Program-made: the position numbers and the translations under genes
Notes under the pieces: model-generated
Databases searched by the model: none
Seen by the model: the letters and a program-made list of their open reading frames with translations, nothing else
Told to the model about the DNA's origin: nothing
Assembly: GCA_965248925.1 (NCBI GenBank)
Contig: CBDFLE010000005.1
Location: 1,152,001 to 1,216,000 of the forward strand
Source: Candidatus Multivoradales bacterium
GTDB lineage: Bacteria > Acidobacteriota > Thermoanaerobaculia > Multivoradales > J023
DNA: 64,000 bases
Direction: 5' to 3'
Shown: positions 1-8,007 of the stretch, in pieces
How positions within the stretch are numbered: position 1 is the stretch's first letter
How the letters are laid out: each line of letters starts with the position of its first letter

Positions 1-117
1 TTCTACCCCGCCGAGGAGTACCATCAGGACTTCTACGTCAAGAATCCGACGCACTACAAACGCTACCGCCACGGCTGCGGCCGCGACCAGCGGTTGGCTG
101 ATCTGTGGGGCCACTAG
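1..117 (+). CDS. msrA: Peptide methionine sulfoxide reductase A, 3' end (truncated by window)
   Basis: Frame 1 translates FYPAEEYHQDFYVKNPTHYKRYRHGCGRDQRLADLWGH*, containing the MsrA FYxAEEYHQ motif and a C-terminal Cys; TAG at 115-117. Confidence 0.93.
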   Translation, partial: FYPAEEYHQDFYVKNPTHYKRYRHGCGRDQRLADLWGH

Positions 118-136
118 ACACCGAGGAAATAGAGAC

Positions 137-814
137 ATGAACCCAAGAGCTATTTGCTGGATTCTCGTCCTGCTCGCCGCGCCGCTCTGCGGCCAGTCCT
201 TCAACGTCGACTTCGGTACCCCCGAAGCAGCGCCGCCGGCCACTTATGCCGCTGCTGGCCAGGCGGGGGTGTGGAACGCCTTCCTCGCCCTGCACGGCAC
301 CACCCAGAGTGCCTTGGTGGACATCGATGGCAACACCACCACGGTATCGATGACCCAGGTCGGCGGCTTTGAGAACCTGACCGCCGACGATCCCACCACC
401 ACCGGCGACGACGCCCTGCTACTCGACGACTACCTGGTGACCTTCAACAGCGATCTAGAATCCTGCCTGTTCTTCGACGGCTTGGCGGCCGGCGAGTATG
501 AGGCTTGGGTCTACGCTTGGATGCCGCTGTCGCCAGCGGTCGAAGGCTTCACCAGCGTCGATCAGGAAGTCGGGTTTCCGCACTATCAGGTGGGCGGCAG
601 CTGGGTGGGTCAGCATCAGGAGCTGCTGACTTACTCATACCACACCGCCGTGGTCGGCACGGACGGCAATCTCGACATGCACTCAGGCATTGTGCCGGGA
701 GCCAATGCCGCCTTGGGCGCGGCGCTGAATGGGGTGCAGCTTCGTCGTCTTGGGTTGTTCGAGGACGGTTTCGAGTCGGGAGACACCGACGGCTGGGATG
801 CGGCCTCGTTGTAG
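137..814 (+). CDS. Secreted hypothetical protein with C-terminal LFEDGFESGDTDGW motif
   Basis: GAGG RBS upstream, N-terminal hydrophobic signal peptide, acidic beta-rich body, C-terminal FxDGFESG motif. Confidence 0.8.
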   Translation: MNPRAICWILVLLAAPLCGQSFNVDFGTPEAAPPATYAAAGQAGVWNAFLALHGTTQSALVDIDGNTTTVSMTQVGGFENLTADDPTTTGDDALLLDDYLVTFNSDLESCLFFDGLAAGEYEAWVYAWMPLSPAVEGFTSVDQEVGFPHYQVGGSWVGQHQELLTYSYHTAVVGTDGNLDMHSGIVPGANAALGAALNGVQLRRLGLFEDGFESGDTDGWDAASL

Positions 815-897
815 GTGGCGCGGCCGCACGCCGTGCGCCCCTACCTAGAGGGGTGCGGGGTTTCGGCACCTAATAGTATTTTTCCGGGAGCAAGCCG

Positions 898-3534
898 ATG
901 ATCAAGACTGCCTTCCGCCGGGTTCCCAAGCCCGGTTTCTATGAGACCAGGGCCTTCCATGACTTCACCCGCGAGTTGCGCACCTTTCATCTCGAAGGGG
1001 GTAGCCGCACGCTACAACGCCAATTTCCTCACCAGGCCAAGATGGCGGCCTTCGTCAACCAGGCGCTGCCCAGCCTGCACAAGCTCTTCGACGGCAAATG
1101 CGCCTACACCGAAGTACCGTTGGCTTGGCGACGAGAAGATTCCGCCAGTACGGGCGCCAAGCAACGGCGCAGTACGAAAGGAGGAAGTGAGGACTTGCCA
1201 CCCGAGTTGGGCGAACTCGGCCTGCATCGGCCGGCCGCCGATGCCATCGGACTAGACAGCCAGTTCAGCCCCGAACATTATTGGTGGCTGGTCCCAGTGT
1301 GGACAAACTGGTACCTGGTGCATCCCCGGTTGAACGCCACCAAAGGCAACCAATTCCCGGTTGCCGGCGAGCGCTTCAAAGCCAAGAAAGCGCAAGAGTT
1401 CAAGCCCATCGATCACGAGAGTGGCTTGCTCCTCGATCCGCGCCGCGACGAGCCCGCCTGGTATCTGGACTTCCAGCCCGACGGCTCCCTAGAAGCCCGG
1501 CAACACCCCAGTGAGCGCGTCCAGAGTCTCTTTGGTGGCCACTCGAGGGGTGAGATCACCCTACGGCTACTCGACCTCAACGCCCCCTGGATCCACCAGC
1601 CACGCCAGCAAGCCGGGTGGCAGATCCGTAGTGAAATTGAGCTGTTGCCGGTCACCTGTTCGGTCTCTCTGCTCAAGAAGTTGACCTTGCGGGCCGAGCC
1701 CTTCGCCGGCCTACGCCGCCAGCTGTTGGCCCGCTGGCTGATCGGCCAAGGCCAGCGCGGTAGCCATGAACTGTCAGACTCGCTGTTCAGCCGAGCGGTG
1801 AGCTTCTTGTTGCCCGAGATCGCCGCCGGTCTGTTGCACAACCCAATACCCCTACCGTCTACGGCGCGGGCGGCTTTCGAGCAAGTCAGCGATTTCGCGG
1901 TCAAGAAGTTTCCCGACCTGAAAAACTCGGCGGCCTACCGGAAGACTTTCGACAAGTGGCCGACGACTGTGGGTCCGCCAGCGACTAGGGGCACCCCAAC
2001 GCTGGGCCTCGACCACGACCCGGGACTCGACGACGCCAAGGGATTCTCGCTCTCCGTCCCCGCCGTGGAGAAGAGCCTGCCAGCACCGGCGAACGCACCG
2101 CAGGTCTATCTCACCGCTTCGATCACCAAGGTCGAGATCGAGAACTTCAAGGCCATTCAGCGAATAGAACTCGACTTCACCAGCACCCAGCTGGTCGAAT
2201 TGCCGGCCCGCTACGGCTATCCCGACGATCCCCCCGAGCTGCGGGCCCGAGGTTGGAAGGCCCTGCTCGGCGAGAACGGCTCGGGCAAGAGCTGCATTCT
2301 GCAAGCGATCGGTCTCGCCCTGGCCGGCAATCGGCTGGAGGAACTGTGTGAGACCTGCCAGATTGACTGGAGCCATTTGCTGCGCCGCCCGGCCAAAGAA
2401 GCACCGCGGGTCAGTCAGGGCTCGATCAAGCTGAGTTTCACCGGCGATATCGAGATCGAACTGAATTTCCATGCTGACGGTTACCGCTGGAAAGACGGTC
2501 TGGCCCCGATCACCGAACTGTTCGTCCGCGGCTACGGCGCCACCCGCTTGCTCGACAGTCCACGACCGCAGGCGGCCGACAGCAGCGACCCCACCACCCA
2601 GGAAGAACAGCGCCAGCAGCGCCATCGCGATCTTCGCCAGTTGGTGCGGGTCGACAACCTCTTCGACCCCCGCCGAGCGGTGGTCGATGCCCAGAGCTGG
2701 CTGCTATCACTGCTCGACCCCGAGGAAGTGGGCGACTTTCACGCCATCGCCACCACCCTGAAAGAACTGCTAGCCGGTAACCAGCTGCCGGGACAGAACT
2801 CCGGCGACACCCCAGGTCCAACCTTGGAGGCCGATCACCAAGCCGGAGAAGTGCTGGTCGACGGCATCCCACTGAACCAGGTGAGCGACGGTTACCGGGC
2901 GGTGATCTCCATTGTCTGCGACATCCTTGCCGGCCTCGGCCAGGGGTTGAGTGATCTGCACAACGCCCGCGGCATCGTCCTGATCGACGAGCTAGGCGCC
3001 CACCTGCACCCCAGCTGGCGAATGAATATTGTCGAGAAGCTGCGCCGTGCCCTACCCAACGTGCAATTCATCATCTCCACCCACGAGCCCCTCTGCCTGC
3101 GCGGCTTGTACGAGAATGAAGTCGTGCGGGTACGCAAGCTGGCCGAGGAGGGTGTCGTCCCGGAGACCCTCGAGCGCTCACCCAGCGACTTCCGGGTCGA
3201 CCAGCTACTGACCTCCGAATTCTTCGGCCTCGACACCACCATCGACCCCGATCTCGACCGCCGCTTCCAGACCTACTACCGCCTGCTGGCGATCGACCCG
3301 GAGGAGATCACCGCCGAGCAAAAAGTCGAGCGAGACCAGCTCGACAGCTACTTGCAGCACCACTGCCGGCCCGCCCTCGGCAATACCCGCCGCGATCAGT
3401 TGGTCTACGAGGCGATCGACAAGTTTCTCGCCGTCGAAGGGAATTTGACTCTCGAGCAGCGCCAAACGCAGCGCACAGCCGCTTTGGGCAAGATAGTCGA
3501 GATTTGGGACCGGCGCCGGGGAGGCCAGTTGTGA
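898..3534 (+). CDS. PtuA/Septu-like ABC-type (AAA_21) ATPase with N-terminal degenerate HNH-like domain
   Basis: ITKVEIENFKAI start of ATPase domain, Walker A GENGSGKS, signature VSDGYR, Walker B IVLIDELGAHLHP, H-loop STHEP; N-terminal FDGKCAYTE...YWWL...KGNQFP. Confidence 0.88.
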   Translation: MIKTAFRRVPKPGFYETRAFHDFTRELRTFHLEGGSRTLQRQFPHQAKMAAFVNQALPSLHKLFDGKCAYTEVPLAWRREDSASTGAKQRRSTKGGSEDLPPELGELGLHRPAADAIGLDSQFSPEHYWWLVPVWTNWYLVHPRLNATKGNQFPVAGERFKAKKAQEFKPIDHESGLLLDPRRDEPAWYLDFQPDGSLEARQHPSERVQSLFGGHSRGEITLRLLDLNAPWIHQPRQQAGWQIRSEIELLPVTCSVSLLKKLTLRAEPFAGLRRQLLARWLIGQGQRGSHELSDSLFSRAVSFLLPEIAAGLLHNPIPLPSTARAAFEQVSDFAVKKFPDLKNSAAYRKTFDKWPTTVGPPATRGTPTLGLDHDPGLDDAKGFSLSVPAVEKSLPAPANAPQVYLTASITKVEIENFKAIQRIELDFTSTQLVELPARYGYPDDPPELRARGWKALLGENGSGKSCILQAIGLALAGNRLEELCETCQIDWSHLLRRPAKEAPRVSQGSIKLSFTGDIEIELNFHADGYRWKDGLAPITELFVRGYGATRLLDSPRPQAADSSDPTTQEEQRQQRHRDLRQLVRVDNLFDPRRAVVDAQSWLLSLLDPEEVGDFHAIATTLKELLAGNQLPGQNSGDTPGPTLEADHQAGEVLVDGIPLNQVSDGYRAVISIVCDILAGLGQGLSDLHNARGIVLIDELGAHLHPSWRMNIVEKLRRALPNVQFIISTHEPLCLRGLYENEVVRVRKLAEEGVVPETLERSPSDFRVDQLLTSEFFGLDTTIDPDLDRRFQTYYRLLAIDPEEITAEQKVERDQLDSYLQHHCRPALGNTRRDQLVYEAIDKFLAVEGNLTLEQRQTQRTAALGKIVEIWDRRRGGQL

Positions 3535-4472
3535 TCCACCGCCAGCGGGTCGCGGATACCTCGCCCTCGGCCCTGGAGAAGCCCTACAGCAACCGTGTCA
3601 AAGACCAGAGTCTGCATGGTCAGACCGAACTCCAAGCGGTGATGAAAGCCTACAGTCAGCACCTCGACGAAGGCCAGCCAGCGGTGCAGTTCAGCTACCC
3701 CTACGAACGCTACCGCGACCGGGAAGTCAAACGCGCCCTACGCCAGCTCTTCGACGGCAAATGCGCCTACTGCGAATCGGTCTACGCCGGCACTCAGCCG
3801 ATGGACGTGGAACATTGGCGACCCAAGGGCGAGGTCCACCGCCAGGGCACCAAAGTCAAAGAGCCGGGCTACTACTGGCTCGCCTCTACTTGGAACAACC
3901 TGCTGCCCTCCTGCATCGACTGCAACCGCGCCCGCAGTCAATACGACATTTTGCGCCAAGAGATCATCAGCCTGGGCAAGGCCAACCAATTCCCTATCCG
4001 TGGCCCCCGCTGCCTGCCGCGGCCCGATTCTGACCCGACCAACATCACCCAACAACTCAACTTGCTCAATGAGCAGCCCTTGCTGATCAACCCCTGCGTC
4101 GACCTTCCCGAAGAGTTCTTCACCTATGACGGTCGCGGGGTCATTCTCCCCCGTCCCGCCGCCGGCCACGAACGGGAGCGGGCGCAAGCATCGATCCGAG
4201 TCTACGCCCTCAACCGCTCCGACCTGGTCAGCGAACGTCTGGCGATGCGGAAAATCGTCGACCACCGCCTCGGGCTGATCGCCACCCTCGCCAAGCTGTG
4301 CGCTAAGGCCCACGACGACGACTACTTGCAAGAGTCCCTCGCCGACTTGATCAGCTTCGAAATCGACAATCTGTTCGAAATGTCCCACGACCCCCGCCCC
4401 TACGCCGGCATGGTGCGCGAGATGCTGCGCGCCGTCGATGCGGCGCTCGAAGAGCATCGCGATAGGGGCTGA
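3531..4472 (+). CDS. PtuB/Septu-like HNH endonuclease
   Basis: KCAYCE, VEHWRPK, YYWLASTWNNLLPSCIDCN, KANQFP, LLINPC; in-frame GTG at 3531 overlaps the upstream TGA (GTGA coupling). Confidence 0.9.
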   Translation: MIHRQRVADTSPSALEKPYSNRVKDQSLHGQTELQAVMKAYSQHLDEGQPAVQFSYPYERYRDREVKRALRQLFDGKCAYCESVYAGTQPMDVEHWRPKGEVHRQGTKVKEPGYYWLASTWNNLLPSCIDCNRARSQYDILRQEIISLGKANQFPIRGPRCLPRPDSDPTNITQQLNLLNEQPLLINPCVDLPEEFFTYDGRGVILPRPAAGHERERAQASIRVYALNRSDLVSERLAMRKIVDHRLGLIATLAKLCAKAHDDDYLQESLADLISFEIDNLFEMSHDPRPYAGMVREMLRAVDAALEEHRDRG

Positions 4473-4702
4473 GTCAACAGTTCCGAGTACCAGCCAATGT
4501 GAGTAGCCAAAAAACCTCATTTCGTCCTGGGATGAGCCCAGTGGCCAGAATCCTCGTCTCCGACCAGCCATCGCCGGGTAGATTCGTGATCTGAGCGATG
4601 GCGCAAACTCCACCGCAGGGCGGTTAGCGACCTTGAGGGCGGCACGCACTCCTCCGGGAACTCGCTCGATCAACTGCCGTTCTCAGTAGCAACGGACAAG
4701 GT

Positions 4703-7141
4703 ATGACCTTGGTATCCAGACGCACCGCAGATTCCATCAATGCCTGGCTTGGGGAACTCAATCCAACAGGCCCTACCGTCACTTCTTGGGTGGTAACCAC
4801 CGTCTTGTGGTTGATCGCTGCAGTGGCTTGCGGCGACGACTGGCCGGCGTTTCGTGGTGCGATCGGCGATGGCCGATCGCTTGAGGTCAGCGTCATCCCC
4901 GAGGAGGGAGCGGTCAGCTTCCGCTTGACTTGGATCCGAGATCTGGGCAGCGCTTACTCTGGCATAGCGGTGGTCGGCAGTCGTCTCGTCACGCAGTATT
5001 CTGAGAGCGACTCGGATTTCCTGATCGCCCTCGATGCGACCACCGGCACCACTCTCTGGCGGCTGCGCCTGGGAGCCGCCTACAGCGGCCATGATGGCTC
5101 TCATTCCGGGCCACTAGCAACTCCCGCGGCTAACTCCAATCGGGTAGTTAGCCTGGGAGCCCACGGCGAGCTGGTCGCCGCCGACCTGGCCACCGGTGAG
5201 CTGCTGTGGCGCCGCGATCTGACCGGCGAGCTCAAGGCACGCAAGCCCCACTATGGCTTCAGCACTTCGCCGCGATTCTACGGCGACCAAGTGTTGCTGG
5301 CCCTGGGCGGCTACCAACAAGCTTTGGCTAGCTTTGACCTCGCCGACGGCTCACTGCGCTGGGCAGTGGGCAGCGACGTGATCGATTACCAATCACCCGT
5401 ACTCTGGCAAGCCGGCGGCAGCGAGCAGGTGCTGCTAGCCGGCAGCAGCTGGTTGCTGAGCATCGACCCGCGGCACGGCAAGGAGCTCTGGCGATGGGCC
5501 CATGAAGGCGCCGGAACCCGCGGGGCCTTCAGCCTGTCGGCAGTTCCAATGGCCTCGGATCAGCTCTTCCTGGCCCATCGAGACGACCTATCGCTGGTGA
5601 TCTCCGTCGACCCTGTCAGCGGGCCGAGCGGCGTCGCCTGGCAAAGTCGGGCAATTCGCAATAGCTACGCCTCTCCAGTCATTCATCAGGGCCATCTATT
5701 CGCCTATAGCTCCCGTTTCCTGAGCTGTGTCGATGCGGCCACGGGAGAGCTCTTGTGGCGCTCTCGTGAACCCGGCGACGGCTTCCCCATTCTGGTCGAC
5801 GGCCACCTCTTGATCCAAGCCAAGGACGGTGGCGTGCGGCTGGTCCGGGCTTCTCCATCGGGCTACCAAGAGCGTGCCAGGATGGAGGTCTTCGACGAGG
5901 TTAGCTGGACTTCGCCCAGTTTTTCGAACGGCTCGCTTTACAGCCGCAGCATGAGGCAGATCGCCCGACTCGAACTCGATTTTGGAGATGAGCAGCGAGA
6001 GTTGGCTACATCGTCAGCCATCCCGCCACCTTTGATCTGGCAACGGTTGCTGGCCGAGGTCGAGAGCAGCCACAGGCCAGACAAGGTGATCGATCGCTTT
6101 CTTGCCGCTCAGCAACGTATCCCCATAGTCACCGACGGCCAAGTACATTTTCTCTATCGCGGTACGGCGAGCGACGTGGCACTGGCCGGCGACCTAGCGG
6201 GTGCCAGGCGCGAGCTACCGCTGCGTCGCCTGGGCAAGACCGACTTGTTCTTCCGCTCAGTCGAAATCTCTCCGCAAGCCGCCTTCAGCTATTTGTTCTT
6301 GGTCGATTATCAGCCGGTAGTCGACCCCTTCAATCCGGTAACGGTGCTCAATACCACGTTGGGAGACGACTTCGAACCGGTGATGGGAGGTCAGTTGGAG
6401 ATGTCTTGGTTTGCTGTCACTCAGGCCGAAGCACCGACGCCATTGGTAAGTGCGGGCGGCGGCACTTTCAAGAGGCAAACCCTGAGCAGCGAAGCCTTGG
6501 GCCGCGACCTTGACTTGGCCATCTACACCCCTGCTGGCTACCACAGCCACGTCGAACTCTTACCGGTAGTCGTCCTCCTCGGTGGCAGTGAAGCGCTACG
6601 ATTGGGCGGGTACTCTCAAGTCCTCGACCGCCTGATGGGTGACACCTTGCCGGATCTGTTGGTGGTCTTCGTGCTCGAAAATGGCATCGGCGCCTTGCAG
6701 CCCTTCGCCGAGATGCTGGCCAACGACCTGATTCCGTTTGTCGAGCGACACTACCGAGCCTCTAGCAGACGCCAAGACCGGGCTCTCGCCGGAATGGGCT
6801 GGGAAGGACTGACCGCGGCCTACGCTGGCTTCGCCCAGAGCGAACTCTTCGGCCACTTGGCTTTGCAGTCAGTCTACGCTCTGACCGCACCGGCAGGCGG
6901 AGCGGCCGCTTGGGCGCAACGAGCCGCCAAGGAAAAGCCCCAGATCTACCTCGACTGGGGGCTCTACGACCTGCGTAACTCCCACGAAGCCTGGAGCACC
7001 GTCGAAGACAACCGCAGGCTTTTCGCGACTCTGCGTCAGCTGGGCTTCGAGACCAGCGGCGGCGAGGTGCCGGAGGGCTCTGGTTGGGCCAGTTGGCGGC
7101 GGCGGACAGAGCGCTGGCTGAAGCTCTTCTTCGCTGACTGA
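4703..7141 (+). CDS. PQQ-like beta-propeller protein fused to an Ig-like domain and an esterase-fold domain
   Basis: DWPAFRG start, repeated ALDATTGTTLWR/DAATGELLWR propeller motifs; C-terminal IYTPAGY...LIPFVERHYR...W esterase-like domain; start codon uncertain. Confidence 0.85.
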   Translation: MTLVSRRTADSINAWLGELNPTGPTVTSWVVTTVLWLIAAVACGDDWPAFRGAIGDGRSLEVSVIPEEGAVSFRLTWIRDLGSAYSGIAVVGSRLVTQYSESDSDFLIALDATTGTTLWRLRLGAAYSGHDGSHSGPLATPAANSNRVVSLGAHGELVAADLATGELLWRRDLTGELKARKPHYGFSTSPRFYGDQVLLALGGYQQALASFDLADGSLRWAVGSDVIDYQSPVLWQAGGSEQVLLAGSSWLLSIDPRHGKELWRWAHEGAGTRGAFSLSAVPMASDQLFLAHRDDLSLVISVDPVSGPSGVAWQSRAIRNSYASPVIHQGHLFAYSSRFLSCVDAATGELLWRSREPGDGFPILVDGHLLIQAKDGGVRLVRASPSGYQERARMEVFDEVSWTSPSFSNGSLYSRSMRQIARLELDFGDEQRELATSSAIPPPLIWQRLLAEVESSHRPDKVIDRFLAAQQRIPIVTDGQVHFLYRGTASDVALAGDLAGARRELPLRRLGKTDLFFRSVEISPQAAFSYLFLVDYQPVVDPFNPVTVLNTTLGDDFEPVMGGQLEMSWFAVTQAEAPTPLVSAGGGTFKRQTLSSEALGRDLDLAIYTPAGYHSHVELLPVVVLLGGSEALRLGGYSQVLDRLMGDTLPDLLVVFVLENGIGALQPFAEMLANDLIPFVERHYRASSRRQDRALAGMGWEGLTAAYAGFAQSELFGHLALQSVYALTAPAGGAAAWAQRAAKEKPQIYLDWGLYDLRNSHEAWSTVEDNRRLFATLRQLGFETSGGEVPEGSGWASWRRRTERWLKLFFAD

Positions 7142-7343
7142 GCCAGCTACTTGGCTCCGGCCTCCTCGAACAAGGGTCGATGTCCCACCCGGCACCTCTG
7201 CCAGTATGGGCTCGCATCGATCCGAGGAGGACGGTAGGGCAAGCTATATCGGGCGCAGGACAGCATTTCTTGCTGCGGCGCGCTGATCGACCGCAGCTGA
7301 GCCGAGCTGTCTCAGCTGCGCGCCCAAGGCCACTTCGCCGAAT

Positions 7344-7805
7344 TCAATCTTCGTGGTGGTAGTAGACCTTGGCGACGACTCGCCAGCCGCTGTCGAATTT
7401 CAGCAGCGAGAGATAGTCGGTGTAGACCAACTCGCCGTCCTGGGATAGCTCGATCTTGACGCTGGCAGCGTGGCCGGTGACGTCGACCGAAACGAAACGA
7501 TGCTGCCACAGGTTGGTAGCGGGATCGAAATCGGCGCTGGCTTTGCGCTTAGCGGTGCCTTCGACCCACTTGGCGATCGGATATTTGCGGATGTCTTCGC
7601 CCTTGGGCGAGAAGATCGCGAAGTCCGGATGAAAGCCGTGTTCCAGAGCCTCGGGATCCAGAGCGTTGAATGCGCCGTGGACGTAGGAACTCTCAATCAA
7701 CGACTTGATCTCGCCGACTGCGGCGTCCTGGGCATCCTCGGAGGTGGCAGTCAGGGTGGCTAACGACAATAGGACGGCGACGATCAAGACAAAAGAGGTC
7801 TTCAT
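7344..7805 (-). CDS. Secreted NTF2/SnoaL-like (Lumazine_bd_2-type) protein
   Basis: Signal peptide MKTSFVLIVAVLLSLA, FHPDF, C-terminal YTDYLSLLKFDSGWRVVAKVY; GGAG RBS before ATG at 7805. Confidence 0.85.
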   Translation of the reverse strand: MKTSFVLIVAVLLSLATLTATSEDAQDAAVGEIKSLIESSYVHGAFNALDPEALEHGFHPDFAIFSPKGEDIRKYPIAKWVEGTAKRKASADFDPATNLWQHRFVSVDVTGHAASVKIELSQDGELVYTDYLSLLKFDSGWRVVAKVYYHHED

Positions 7806-8007
7806 GGGATTCTCCACGGCCGGGGCGCGCAGCGCCAGGTTCGAAGGCTCGACGACCGTCCTAGAATACCCGACTCTCGCGGTTTGCCTTCTCGGTGATT
7901 CGAACGAACAACTTTGGAACCCATCACTGTGCTTTCCCGTAGACATGGTAGATGGCACACGCTAGCTCTTCACAAGATTTTACATCCGGCAACATGCCAA
8001 GGTTTAC

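Noticed and set aside
815-4700. Retron associated with the PtuAB-like pair
   Set aside because: No reverse transcriptase in the window and no convincing msr/msd inverted repeats in the flanks
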